In this document: positions 50,844 to 61,311 of the stretch, piece by piece | Numbering within the stretch: the stretch's first letter is position 1 | Layout: each line of letters opens with the position of its first letter | Assembly: GCA_963932905.1 (NCBI GenBank) | Contig: CAWVRN010000004.1 | Location: 128,001 to 192,000, forward strand | Direction of reading: 5' to 3' | Length of the DNA stretch: 64,000 bases | Origin: an uncultured Bdellovibrio sp. | GTDB lineage: Bacteria; Bdellovibrionota; Bdellovibrionia; Bdellovibrionales; Bdellovibrionaceae | Notes under the pieces: model-generated | The model's database searches: none | What the model saw: only the letters and a program-made list of their open reading frames with translations | Told to the model about the DNA's origin: nothing | Translations under genes and position numbers: made by a program

Positions 50844-51743
50844 ATGAGCGGATATTGGACAGACACAGCTTCTTTCATCGATGCGCATCTGGGCACTGGA
50901 GGCGCCGTCTGTGTGGCCCTGATTGACGACGAGATGGCTGCCCATAACGTGCCTTTCACAAGCGTGACCTGCCTTTATCAGGGCAACTGGCTTGATGGCG
51001 GCACGTTCAAGTGGGACACAGCGGCCGTAACACGATGCCAATTACCCGTGCCGCAGTACGCGATCGTCGGCGTCAATGGACAGGTGCAGTTTGTGGGCAG
51101 TGGCGACATGCACGAAGAACGCATCGCCGAGGGTGTGCTTGCCCCCCCGGCGGGCACAGGTCTGGTGCGCGGCGCACGCGCCATCGAAGGTGTGCTCTAT
51201 GTGTGCGGGATGAAGCGACAGGTCTTCCGCCGCGAAGGGCGCGAACAGTGGCGCTGTCTCACTGCTGCAATTCCTCAGGAACGGGGCGTTGTAGGTTTCG
51301 AGGCCATCGATGGCTACACCCACAGCGAGATCTATGCCGTTGGCTGGGAGGGGGAGGTCTGGCATTTCGATGGCACGAATTGGAACCAGTACGATACGGG
51401 TACCAATGTCATTCTCCTAGATGTGGTGTGTGCAGGTGACGGCATCGTGTATGCGATCGGCCGAGGACGCAAACTGGTCATTGGGCGCGGTGCCCAGTGG
51501 CGCACCATCGACCTGAACCTGTCGGTCGAGCTGTCAAGCATCGCCTGGTTTGAAGGCAAGCTCTACGCCTGCTCGACGCGAGATATCTTTGTGTGGGACG
51601 GCTCGCTATTCAACCCTTTGGTGATTGAGGGTGACCGGCCTCGCACCATCCAATATCTGAATTCTGGCGAAGGCGGTTTGTGCGCTGTAGGGCCTAAAGA
51701 TCTCTTCCGCTTCGATGGGTCGACCTGGTTCAGGATCGATTGA
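50844..51743 (+). CDS. High-GC beta-propeller (WD40/YVTN/BNR-like) protein
   Basis: Repeated YAVG..G...FDG..W units; ATG 50844 after GAAGGA; GC far above flanks. Confidence 0.7.
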   Translation: MSGYWTDTASFIDAHLGTGGAVCVALIDDEMAAHNVPFTSVTCLYQGNWLDGGTFKWDTAAVTRCQLPVPQYAIVGVNGQVQFVGSGDMHEERIAEGVLAPPAGTGLVRGARAIEGVLYVCGMKRQVFRREGREQWRCLTAAIPQERGVVGFEAIDGYTHSEIYAVGWEGEVWHFDGTNWNQYDTGTNVILLDVVCAGDGIVYAIGRGRKLVIGRGAQWRTIDLNLSVELSSIAWFEGKLYACSTRDIFVWDGSLFNPLVIEGDRPRTIQYLNSGEGGLCAVGPKDLFRFDGSTWFRID

Positions 51744-51890
51744 GGGTCTGGCTGGAACCACGAGGCACCCCACCTCGAAATAGAGACGGCAATATTATTT
51801 TCCCTGGCTTATTTGAAATATTGATCTTATTTCTTATTTTTTTTCGCCAGAGAAAACGCTGTCTCCACGAACTCTAAAGAAAAAGAACTA

Positions 51891-53543
51891 CTAGCTAGCG
51901 CCCGAACACTCGATGACTTTTTGAATACCGTTTTTATTCAGGACGACACGGTATAATTGCATCTGCTTTTGAGTTTCGACACCATTTTCTTTAGCGGCGT
52001 AGTTAACTAAGGCATAAAAATAATACATTTTATTCGATGTTTTACGAGTGAAGCGCCCTTTTTGATCCAAGATTGTAATATCTTTCATCGGGTCATCTAG
52101 AAACTTTAAATATCGCTGTAAATTGACTCTTAAGGTTTCTTGTAAAGACAAAGGATTGTCTTTGTTTTTTGTTTTTGGCGCTAAACAGTAAACACGTTTT
52201 AAGAACAACACATCCTCTTTCAAATAGGACTCTGCTTCGGATACCGATGCACTTTTACGACGATGACGAATCACTTCAGGCAGGTCCATTGTTCTGACCG
52301 TTTTAAGCCATTCTTTAATGCGACCAAGATGAGCGTCTTTATCAGTTAATTCATATTCAAAATCAGGAACGAATCTAGAAATTCTTTTATTTAAAAAACT
52401 TTTCGCAAAGTCTTTCAATCGATCCCTAACCGCATACAGGCCCATAGCAAAGAAAATTAACGATACGCCCTGAAGACTGAATTTATAGAAATCGGGATTA
52501 CCAAACTGCTGAATAACTGCCGCAGAAATCCCGGCAATACAGGCTGCTAGTGCGGCTGTTGGCTCAGAAAACTTTTTTAAAGACTGTGATTTTTGCACGT
52601 CGATAAACATTTTTGACTGAAAAAACTTTTTCATTTGCCCGAGGCGAACCAGCAACAATTCACTGCTGTCTTGGCTTTTTAGATGAGATGGCGTTAGGCA
52701 ATGCTTCTTTTGAAAATGCATTTCTTTTTTCTGCAATAACGACAATTGCAAATGCAGTTGGCGCCAGCCATCAACGAACTTGGTACGCTCCACACTATCC
52801 ATATTTTTTTGAAAACGCGAAATTTCAAAATCAATTTTACCTAAGGTTTCGATAAAAACGTGATGGATATATTCATCTAATAAATTCACCACCGGTGAAT
52901 TTACGGTCCAATTTGCATCGGTTACCGTCCGTACACTTTCTAAAATTTCTGCCAGATCATCTATTTCGGCGGTAATTTCGCTAAAAATTGAGTCAGACAT
53001 CACGTTATGAGTGCGAGAATGAATCAACAATAAATCACGTTTAATTTTGCTTGTACGTGCCTTCAATGTTTCACCAACAATACCACCGATAACTTGCACC
53101 GATGACGTCAGCTGTTCTTCGATATGAGCATCGCAGCCAGGAATGGAAAGCAACGTTAACAGGCGTTTGATATCATCCAAAGCACCCAGCATTTCCCTTG
53201 AATCCAAGCTTTGATTCAAGGGAATAAACAATCGTTGTCGAGAATAAAAATCACTGAATAAATCATCTTTTTCTACTTCACGCATTTGCACAGAAGGGGG
53301 AAAAAACAAATAGAAATCTAGGCGAGCTTCCTGCTCGACACCAGAAAAGTTAAACAACGATTTTAGTTCTAAATTGTGATTGTCATGACGTTTAACCGAG
53401 ATATCAGCGGCACATGAGCCCGCGTTGGCTTTGGCCATCGAATCTAACAGAACTTGCTTATTAATGAGCTGACTATCTGTTTTCTCTTGATCTAATTTAG
53501 CATCGCCCAATTTTGGACTCTTATCCCACATCGTTTTCCTCAA
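51891..53543 (-). CDS. Hypothetical protein with two central TM helices
   Basis: 550-aa ORF, LDFYLFFP, RDRLKD after TM pair. Confidence 0.7.
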   Translation of the reverse strand: MRKTMWDKSPKLGDAKLDQEKTDSQLINKQVLLDSMAKANAGSCAADISVKRHDNHNLELKSLFNFSGVEQEARLDFYLFFPPSVQMREVEKDDLFSDFYSRQRLFIPLNQSLDSREMLGALDDIKRLLTLLSIPGCDAHIEEQLTSSVQVIGGIVGETLKARTSKIKRDLLLIHSRTHNVMSDSIFSEITAEIDDLAEILESVRTVTDANWTVNSPVVNLLDEYIHHVFIETLGKIDFEISRFQKNMDSVERTKFVDGWRQLHLQLSLLQKKEMHFQKKHCLTPSHLKSQDSSELLLVRLGQMKKFFQSKMFIDVQKSQSLKKFSEPTAALAACIAGISAAVIQQFGNPDFYKFSLQGVSLIFFAMGLYAVRDRLKDFAKSFLNKRISRFVPDFEYELTDKDAHLGRIKEWLKTVRTMDLPEVIRHRRKSASVSEAESYLKEDVLFLKRVYCLAPKTKNKDNPLSLQETLRVNLQRYLKFLDDPMKDITILDQKGRFTRKTSNKMYYFYALVNYAAKENGVETQKQMQLYRVVLNKNGIQKVIECSGAS

Positions 53544-53577
53544 ACATTGGACCCCAATGGACCCAACATCGGTTAAT

Positions 53578-53605
53578 TGTCAGGGTTTTGTCAGGATTAT
53601 GTCAA
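53578..53605 (-). promoter_or_regulatory. Triple 11-bp-period direct repeat (Pho-box/OmpR-type)
   Basis: Minus strand TTGACA-N5-CTGACA-N5-CTGACA. Confidence 0.55.
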
Positions 53606-53906
53606 GATTATACATAATATCGATTAAAAAAAACATATCTAAGCGTTTGAAAATTCCAGGCAATCTTAGGTTTAGCTTGGGGCATCCATTAGAGAAAACT
53701 ATCGAGTCTGAACTTTCTACTTTGTAGGAAAAAAAGCGACGAAAAGGGCTCTGGTCCATGATTTTCTTGGGTCATGAAATATTTCTACCGGGGTGCCCAT
53801 TTACAAGTCGAATTGATTGCCAAGATTTCTTCACACGTATCCTGGCGACTTTGACAGGGTCTTATCCTCGGCACCCCCCTTGCTCTTTAGAAACCCACGA
53901 GGTTTT

Positions 53907-54884
53907 ATGAACGTACTTACACGACTTCCAATGCTGTTTATTTTTTTGACATCAGCTATGTCCACGGCAGCGCCTGATTTTACCTTCGGCTATCCCGAGT
54001 ACGAGGATTTTCGCGCGAATAAAGTAGATACTGGTTATTTTGTTCAGCGAGAACTGCTGGATGATTCTTTTTTTATGTATGAAATCACACAACGTATTTT
54101 CTCGCCCTTAAAAAAACAAAGCCCATTCACTGTGACGACACCGATGGTGGCCCGATTCTCGCCAATCATTAAATCGATAGAATTGTATATTGATGAGCAG
54201 AAGAAAGGCATCATGTCTCAGTGTGAAGACGGGCCTCAAAAATGCTCCAAAACTTTTGAATCCATCAATGGAATTTCCGAACGCGAATTAGCGATGGAAA
54301 TTACGAAGGCATCTTACTGCTTTGGAACGGACCCATTTGTTGTGGCCTCAAAAATTCGTCAAGAATCACGTTTTGACATGTCGTCGGTGTCTAACACCGG
54401 AGCCATCGGTCTGACCCAATTAACGGCGCCAGGACTAAAAGAGATTTTAGATCAAATGGGCCATCGAGGCGAAAAGTACGCGTTTCTAGATAACAAATCA
54501 TTCTTGGATGCCGCGATGAAATGTTACCCTCAAACGACAGAGGTTGAGGCATTTAAAGATTTTCCAGTCATCAAAACCGTAGCTCTCAAAAAAGGTCGTA
54601 TTGAATACACGGCCGAAACTATAAAAAACCTTAAAGCGTGGGTTCTGCCACGCAAAGGCCAAAATCAGATTGGCGTAAAAGAACGACGCACTCTGATTCA
54701 ACGACAATTGTTCCTTGGACAAATTTTATTGAAAGTATATTTAGCGTACTCTAAAAAAGTCTTAAAAAACGAAACCATCGGGCGTCAATATGAAGCGGCT
54801 TTAAGAATGTTCAATGGCGACAATATCCGGGTGAAATATGCCAAAGAAGTAATTAAGTTTTCTCGTCAGGCCCAATCTCTTTAG
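53907..54884 (+). CDS. Secreted lytic transglycosylase (SLT-like)
   Basis: IRQESRF catalytic Glu, S.TGAIGLTQL, AL..FNG..Y; signal peptide. Confidence 0.8.
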   Translation: MNVLTRLPMLFIFLTSAMSTAAPDFTFGYPEYEDFRANKVDTGYFVQRELLDDSFFMYEITQRIFSPLKKQSPFTVTTPMVARFSPIIKSIELYIDEQKKGIMSQCEDGPQKCSKTFESINGISERELAMEITKASYCFGTDPFVVASKIRQESRFDMSSVSNTGAIGLTQLTAPGLKEILDQMGHRGEKYAFLDNKSFLDAAMKCYPQTTEVEAFKDFPVIKTVALKKGRIEYTAETIKNLKAWVLPRKGQNQIGVKERRTLIQRQLFLGQILLKVYLAYSKKVLKNETIGRQYEAALRMFNGDNIRVKYAKEVIKFSRQAQSL

Positions 54885-54924
54885 GCCTTTGACTGAAACC
54901 CTGCCTTAGCATTACAGTGAATCT

Positions 54925-55209
54925 ATGAAAATATGTGAACGATGCGGACAATCTTTTGGCTGTGGGGCCAACAACAACGATAAAAAATGTTGGTGTATGG
55001 ATTTGCCCGTCGTCACGACCATTCCTTCACAATATAAGGATTGCCTTTGTTCCAGTTGCTTAAAAGAACTGGCTGTTAAAAAATCAGATACTGACCTAAC
55101 CGAAGGCGAAGATTATTATATAGAACGCGGGCAATTTGTGTTCACCGAAAAATATCATCTTAAAAAAGGCGAATGCTGTGGCAACGGCTGTCGCCACTGT
55201 CCCTATTAA
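54925..55209 (+). CDS. Cys-rich CWC + DUF5522-like fusion protein
   Basis: C..CG..F.C....CWC...CLC..C and DYY...G..VFT..YHL..G.CCGNGCRHCPY. Confidence 0.75.
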   Translation: MKICERCGQSFGCGANNNDKKCWCMDLPVVTTIPSQYKDCLCSSCLKELAVKKSDTDLTEGEDYYIERGQFVFTEKYHLKKGECCGNGCRHCPY

Positions 55210-56009
55210 AAACTTTGAATTAGTTCTGATTCTAGTTCAGTCAATAAACTTTCTTTTTGAAAAATGGCTTTGGCTTTGTAGGGAGCTTGCCACTTTATAT
55301 TCACCTCGTGCAATTTGCCTTTGTTCAAATAATCTGGAACTAAGCACGTCGCATCCATTAGCTCGGCCAATCGACTGGCCGCTGACCAGCTTTCGACTTC
55401 TATATGTTGAGCAAATTCGATTTTATTTTTGGAGGCATATCTATAAAATGATTCAATTTCCGGCCGTCTTTCCGTGGTGATGAAAACATTTCCAAGTTTT
55501 CCATTTCTAGAACGCAGTTCAAAACTACCTTCGTAAAGATCAATCGCTTTAAAGCGAAAGTCCTTTTGAATTTCGATCAGGAAAGCAATGTGAATCTGTT
55601 CTTGTTCTAACATATTTAGCAACTGAATTGTTGCGCCAACCTTAATGACAGGTTGAAAACTTCTATTTACGAACGGTTGAATTTTCGGAAAAACAAAGTC
55701 GATGAGAGAACTAGAGCAACCGATCCGCAAAGATTTGTTGGTAGCTTTAGATTCTAAGAATCCCCTGGTTAGATTGTCAAAATTTTGCTTTGCCAACCTA
55801 TAAAATATTTTACCATCTTCTGTTAAGCCGAAATTACGTTTTTCATGAATGAGCAAAGTCTTACCATACCAGTCTTCAAGTCGCATAATAGCTTGACTGA
55901 CGGCAGGACGCGAAACGTGGTTCTTTTCGGCACTTTGAGTGATGCTATGAAGTTCAACGGCATCTAGGAAGTATTTCAAGGACGCAAGACTTAATTCTTC
56001 TATCTTCAT
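55206..56009 (-). CDS. LysR-family regulator
   Basis: SITQSAEKNHVSRPAVSQAI..LE HTH. Confidence 0.85.
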   Translation of the reverse strand: MKIEELSLASLKYFLDAVELHSITQSAEKNHVSRPAVSQAIMRLEDWYGKTLLIHEKRNFGLTEDGKIFYRLAKQNFDNLTRGFLESKATNKSLRIGCSSSLIDFVFPKIQPFVNRSFQPVIKVGATIQLLNMLEQEQIHIAFLIEIQKDFRFKAIDLYEGSFELRSRNGKLGNVFITTERRPEIESFYRYASKNKIEFAQHIEVESWSAASRLAELMDATCLVPDYLNKGKLHEVNIKWQAPYKAKAIFQKESLLTELESELIQSF

Positions 56010-56157
56010 GTCATTTATTATTACTATTTATTAAATATAAGTCACATTAATTTACATTTATTGTCGAAATAAGCAATAATATTTAACACAATAAAAGAAC
56101 TTCATGGCTAAATAGTTTACAGAGCATTCTATCGGCAAGTCATGTATCTATAGCTTC

Positions 56158-57576
56158 ATGAATAAAACTCGACGGAATTTTTTAAAGCGATCGGCAGCAT
56201 TAAGTCTTGGTATTTTAGCTCAGCAATTTTTAACAACGTCCCGCAGTTATGCGGACGCGGTGAAGAAAGCATTCATATGGAAGAACTGGTCAGGAAACGT
56301 ATCCTTCACACCCAAGCAAGTTTTCTATCCAGAAACCGTAGAACAAGTGAAACAAGCGATTTTGACTTCTACAAAGGTTCGCGTGACCGGCGCGGGCCAT
56401 AGCTTTTCGGCCTTAGTTCCTAGCGTGAATTTAATCAGCCCTCAAAAATTCAAACAGATCCATATTGATTCCTCTAGAATGGAAGTCACGACTGGCGCCG
56501 GTGTTACATTAAGTGAATTGAACAATGCTCTAGTGGCAGCAGGGTTCGCTTTGCCCACCGCCGGCGAAATAGATCATCAAACAATGGCGGGCCTTATCGC
56601 CACGGCGACCAAAGGAACCGGAGTTCAATTCGGATCATTCTCTGATGCTGAACAATTACTGGGACTTTCTATCGTGGACGGTCGTGGTGAATTTCATAAT
56701 ATTGATTTTAGTGATGCTAAATATAAAAATGTCGAGCCCGCGTTAAGAATCAACTTGGGCGCATTCGGTTTCGTTACTGCTGTTAAATTTAAAATCGTGC
56801 CTAGTTTTACTTTAAAAGAGGTCCACTCAAAAGCTTCGCTGACCGATGCCATTCAACCCGAGAACTACACTCAAAATTATCGTTATTCTTTTTATTACTA
56901 TCCGCACTCACACCAAACAATCAAACGAACTCAAAATATCACGACAGAATCCTACTCGGATCTGGCACTAGAAAAACGAAACAAGAAAAAAGCGTTAATG
57001 GAAGACACCTTAGGGAATTTGCTTATAACTGTTCTGTCGCATGCTCCGTCTTTATTGCCGAAAGCTTCTAAAATATTCTTTGCTCAACAACCCGATTCTG
57101 AAACAGCCGTCGGTCGCTGGGATAAAATCATGATCAATAATCGCAAAATGCGTTATTTGGAAATGCAGTACGTACTGCCGGTTGAAAAATTGTTACAAGC
57201 TATGACCCTAATCAAAGCCAAGACCGATGAGTTAAGTAAACAAGGAACATATTTTGTCGATATCCCCGTGAATGTCCGTTTTTCCCGTGGTGATAAGTCG
57301 ACGTTACTCAGCCCGGCCCAAGATGCATCTAAAGTTTACGCACAAATTGATCTCAACTGCCACCTGAAGCAAAAGAATTCAGAACTATTTATGAAAGCAG
57401 TTGAAAAAGATTTGGTTGCATTGGGTGCGAAACCACACTGGGGTAAAATATCATACGTTGCGGTTGGATCTTTACATGAAGGCATCGTCGAATTTGAAAA
57501 TTTTCGCCGTCAATGGGATCCCGAAAATCGCTTTCAAAATGATTTTATCAAAAAAAATATTTCTGATTTAGTTTAA
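56158..57576 (+). CDS. Tat-exported FAD-linked oxidoreductase (aldonolactone oxidase family)
   Basis: TRRNFLK, NWSG, GAGHSFS, LGAFGFV, KPHWGK. Confidence 0.85.
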   Translation: MNKTRRNFLKRSAALSLGILAQQFLTTSRSYADAVKKAFIWKNWSGNVSFTPKQVFYPETVEQVKQAILTSTKVRVTGAGHSFSALVPSVNLISPQKFKQIHIDSSRMEVTTGAGVTLSELNNALVAAGFALPTAGEIDHQTMAGLIATATKGTGVQFGSFSDAEQLLGLSIVDGRGEFHNIDFSDAKYKNVEPALRINLGAFGFVTAVKFKIVPSFTLKEVHSKASLTDAIQPENYTQNYRYSFYYYPHSHQTIKRTQNITTESYSDLALEKRNKKKALMEDTLGNLLITVLSHAPSLLPKASKIFFAQQPDSETAVGRWDKIMINNRKMRYLEMQYVLPVEKLLQAMTLIKAKTDELSKQGTYFVDIPVNVRFSRGDKSTLLSPAQDASKVYAQIDLNCHLKQKNSELFMKAVEKDLVALGAKPHWGKISYVAVGSLHEGIVEFENFRRQWDPENRFQNDFIKKNISDLV

Positions 57577-57585
57577 ATTTTCAGA

Positions 57586-58800
57586 CTAATCTTTTTCCAC
57601 AAAGTCTAAGTCTTTGTGGAATGTCTCATCTATATAATAAAGCCCAACGAACGAAAACACCATCGTAATTACACCGGTAATTAGTCCCGCATTTAAAATT
57701 CCAAACGATGGTTTTAACGCACTGAAAATCAACGAAATCACAACTAACGATCCACGAACAAAATTTGGTGTCGACGTCGCGACCGTGGCGCGCAAGTTAG
57801 TACCAAACTGTTCGGCAGACACAGTAACAAATAACACCCAAAAGCCCACACATATCCCCATGAAAAACGTTAGGGTATAAAACTGATTCGCCGTAAGTTC
57901 ACGTAAACTAAAATAAGCTAATATAGAAACTGTGGTGGCAAGCAAGAAGCCAAAAATAACTTTTCGGCGACTTTTAAAAATCTGACTCAATATCCCGGCC
58001 ATGATATCACCCACAACGAGACCGGCATACGAAAAGAAAACACAGCGACCCGCCTCAATAATTTCAGTGCCACCTAAGGCTTTAAAAAATTCGGGAGAAA
58101 GCGTAATCAGGATACCTACGACGTACCAAAGTGGAGCACCGATAGCGATGCCATTCACAAAACGACGCAAACGCGAGCGATTGGTAAACAGAGATAAAAA
58201 ATCGCCCCGACTAGCAACACCATGGGATTTTTTTAAATTTTCAAATAGTCCCGATTCCAAAACACCGACGCGAAGAAACAGAAGCGCCAGACCCATTCCC
58301 CCACCAAAGAAATAGGCAGTACGCCAATCAAACTCATTAGCCATGTACCACGCTAGCAACGCACCGGAAACGCCAACTGCCGACACGATGGTCGTTCCAT
58401 AACCACGTTTATCTTTAGGAATCATTTCAGCAACTAATGTAATACCCGCACCCAGCTCGCCCGCTAAACCAATACCCGCTATGAATCTTAAAATGGCATA
58501 CTGTTCGTAGGTTTGCACGAATCCATTTAGAATGTTAGCAATCGAGTATAAAAATATCGACCCAAACAAAACGGACAAACGTCCCTTACGGTCTCCCAAA
58601 ACGCCGAAGAAAACTCCGCCGATTAACATACCTGCCATTTGCAGATTCAAAATCAAAAGACCTTTCGAGGTAATATCTGCGTCCGACAAACCAATCGCTT
58701 TCAGACTGGGAACACGAACAATACTGAATAAAATTAGATCATAAATATCTACGAAATACCCTAATGCCGCAATGATGACTGCAAAATAAACTTTTTTCAT
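57586..58800 (-). CDS. MFS transporter
   Basis: GYFVDIYD, GVLGDRKGR, RFIAGIGLAGE, EQFGTNLRAT. Confidence 0.9.
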   Translation of the reverse strand: MKKVYFAVIIAALGYFVDIYDLILFSIVRVPSLKAIGLSDADITSKGLLILNLQMAGMLIGGVFFGVLGDRKGRLSVLFGSIFLYSIANILNGFVQTYEQYAILRFIAGIGLAGELGAGITLVAEMIPKDKRGYGTTIVSAVGVSGALLAWYMANEFDWRTAYFFGGGMGLALLFLRVGVLESGLFENLKKSHGVASRGDFLSLFTNRSRLRRFVNGIAIGAPLWYVVGILITLSPEFFKALGGTEIIEAGRCVFFSYAGLVVGDIMAGILSQIFKSRRKVIFGFLLATTVSILAYFSLRELTANQFYTLTFFMGICVGFWVLFVTVSAEQFGTNLRATVATSTPNFVRGSLVVISLIFSALKPSFGILNAGLITGVITMVFSFVGLYYIDETFHKDLDFVEKD

Positions 58801-58935
58801 AATTTATCTTTTTCTATCGACGCCAACAATACAAGACAAATTCTTGGCCAACTTGCCATCGGTTTGCGGATTATTTTTTCAACAAAGCCGACGAATTTTC
58901 TTGAGCGATTAAAAAAATCAACTTATCGTTTAGGT

Positions 58936-58996
58936 TAGGTAATGGAGTCAGGCTTTAACCGCCGCTCATTACGAGGTCGTGCTGATGGCTCCTACC
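58936..58996 (+). ncRNA. Fluoride (crcB) riboswitch
   Basis: GGTAATGGAGTC...TAACCGCC...GCTGATGGCTCCTAC matches the fluoride aptamer pattern; immediately upstream of a CLC-F gene. Confidence 0.88.
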
Positions 58997-59018
58997 AAAG
59001 TGAAGGTAGGGTTGCGTC

Positions 59019-60215
59019 TTGATTACTTCAAAATTTAGTATTTTGACAAAACGATATTTCCGCTGGATTCTCATCAGCGCTGCATGTGGATTCCTTGCTG
59101 GGCTCAGTTCTACCATTTTCTTGATAACTTTAAATTGGGCCACTCAAACTCGTAACGCTAGCCCCGCTGTCATTTGGGGATTACCAATTGCTGGATTATT
59201 GATAGGATGGTTATATCATCGCTTTGGCAAAGAAGCCTCTAAAGGCAACAATCTGATCATCGACGAAATGCATGATCCTAAAAAAGTTCTTCCTTTAAAC
59301 ATGGCCCCGTTGGTTCTTGGTGGAACTCTTTTAACTCACCTTTTTGGAGGTTCTGCCGGACGCGAAGGAACGGCCGTTCAAATGGGCGCGTCACTTTCTG
59401 ATCAACTATCCCGATTTTTCAAAATTGAAATGAGTGAGCGAAAAATCTTACTCGCTGCGGGAGCCGGGGCAGGCTTTGGCGCTGCCATTGGAACCCCATG
59501 GGCCGGGGTCATTTTCGGGATGGAAATGATTAACGTTGGAAAATTTAAACTTTTCGCTTGGTTTGAATGCCTGATCGCTTCATTTGTAGGCTTCGGCACG
59601 GCCATTCTTTTACATGCTCCTCATTCGGCATTTCCGTCTGTAGAAATTGACTCGTTTAATTTTATAATTTTACTCTGGATTTGCATCGCTGGGATCGGAT
59701 TTGGTTTGACGGCCCGACTTTTCACCCTATTCACACACTTCATCGAATGGCTAAACCAAAAATTTATTCCCTACCCTCCCTTAAGACCATTCTTTGGCGG
59801 GTTGATAATTGTGGTTTTATATTATTTTGAAGGATCTTACCGCTATGTAGGTTTAGGCATACCCGTTATAAGTGACGCACTAACTTCGCCGGATTCTATT
59901 CGTGACCCTATTTTGAAATCTATTTTCACGATGCTAACTGTGGGCTCAGGCTTTAAAGGTGGAGAATTCATTCCATTGGTATTTATCGGAACCACATTAG
60001 GTAGCGCACTTTCCGTTTTACTACCCGTGTCTGTTGGCTTGCTTTCTGCCGTGGGATTTGCTGCGGTATTTGCCGGTGCCGCTAACACACCTATTGCGTG
60101 CACAGTCATGGCGATAGAAATTTTTGGAATCGAAATCGCACCCTACGCCTTGATCGCCTGTATAGCGAGCTATATGTGCTCTGGCCGCAAAGGAATTTAC
60201 AGATCGCAGAAATAA
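59019..60215 (+). CDS. eriC: CLC-F fluoride/proton antiporter
   Basis: GNNLI, GREGT, GGEF.P signatures of the fluoride CLC clade. Confidence 0.9.
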   Translation: MITSKFSILTKRYFRWILISAACGFLAGLSSTIFLITLNWATQTRNASPAVIWGLPIAGLLIGWLYHRFGKEASKGNNLIIDEMHDPKKVLPLNMAPLVLGGTLLTHLFGGSAGREGTAVQMGASLSDQLSRFFKIEMSERKILLAAGAGAGFGAAIGTPWAGVIFGMEMINVGKFKLFAWFECLIASFVGFGTAILLHAPHSAFPSVEIDSFNFIILLWICIAGIGFGLTARLFTLFTHFIEWLNQKFIPYPPLRPFFGGLIIVVLYYFEGSYRYVGLGIPVISDALTSPDSIRDPILKSIFTMLTVGSGFKGGEFIPLVFIGTTLGSALSVLLPVSVGLLSAVGFAAVFAGAANTPIACTVMAIEIFGIEIAPYALIACIASYMCSGRKGIYRSQK

Positions 60216-60412
60216 TTTTTCGCTCTGTTTTTATAATCAAGTTTTGGTCAAACCCCAAGATTCAGGCAAAGAACAACTGGCTGTAATTTATTATTTGGTC
60301 GGCACATTTCTATATAAGATGATTCATACAGCCATTACCACAAAGGTTAATTTCGCCAGAACAAAACGATACTTGAATCTGGTGGGAAATCGGATTAAAA
60401 AAGATTAGTCGT

Positions 60413-60488
60413 GACCTCATAGCTCAACTGGATAGAGCAGTCGTTTCCTAAACGATCGATCCCCGTTCAAGTCGGGGTGAGGTCACCA
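60413..60488 (+). tRNA. tRNA-Arg (CCT)
   Basis: GACCTCA/TGAGGTC acceptor stem, GCTC/GAGC D arm, GTCGT-TTCCTAA-ACGAT, CCCCG-TTCAAGT-CGGGG, encoded CCA; 76 nt. Confidence 0.95.
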
Positions 60489-60822
60489 TATTTTTAAAAA
60501 CGTAAATTTTGGGTTCTTCGGGTTCTTCTCATTTCAGGTGATTAAGGCTGGAAAACCGGATTTTTGTATTTTTCAGAAATTCCAAAAGATCTGATATTGA
60601 TACTGAACAATACGCAAAAGTTAATACGTTTATAAACAAATATCAGGATAACCCCCTTGCAAATCGATCCCCTAAAAAACACTAGAAGTACGGTTGATTT
60701 AGGAGCGAAGTATAGAATGACATATTATTTGAGACCTGAGTCCTGTTAACAAATACTACTTCAGTCTAGGATTGTAGTTGTTCACTATAGAAATGGACAG
60801 TGAATGCCGACTTGATACATGT

Positions 60823-61311
60823 ATGCAACTCAAAATATTTCTTACATTTTTTCTTGTAGTAGCATCTGCGTTAGCTGATACGCTCCCTATTGCTGGCATT
60901 TCAATTCCGGTGCAACCAGGTTGGCGCAATTACAGAGAATTAAGTTCTTTTCCTGAACAACCATTTGAACAAATATGGATTAACAACCGCTCCAGATCAA
61001 TTAGAATGGTTTCCACAACTTTTACAGAGTTCAAAAAAGTTTGCATGAGTGAAAAATGGAGTTTGGAAAAAAAGAATTTTGCAACCGTCGATTTTGTAAT
61101 TCCAAGCACAAAAGGCAAAAATTATTGTGCGTTTAAAGCGGTGCGTGGAAAAGAAAATTTTTTTGTGACTGTTCAGGACAATCCTCGACATCTTCCTAAC
61201 GGAAAAATATTTGCATCTCAAAATATACTTATTGAACAAAACGGTGACATTTCAAGTTTTAAAAGATGGATTGCATCAATAAAAAAAATTGAGGGGAAAA
61301 ATAAAAAATGA
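60823..61311 (+). CDS. Secreted hypothetical protein
   Basis: Signal peptide MQLKIFLTFFLVVASALA; overlaps the next gene. Confidence 0.6.
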   Translation: MQLKIFLTFFLVVASALADTLPIAGISIPVQPGWRNYRELSSFPEQPFEQIWINNRSRSIRMVSTTFTEFKKVCMSEKWSLEKKNFATVDFVIPSTKGKNYCAFKAVRGKENFFVTVQDNPRHLPNGKIFASQNILIEQNGDISSFKRWIASIKKIEGKNKK

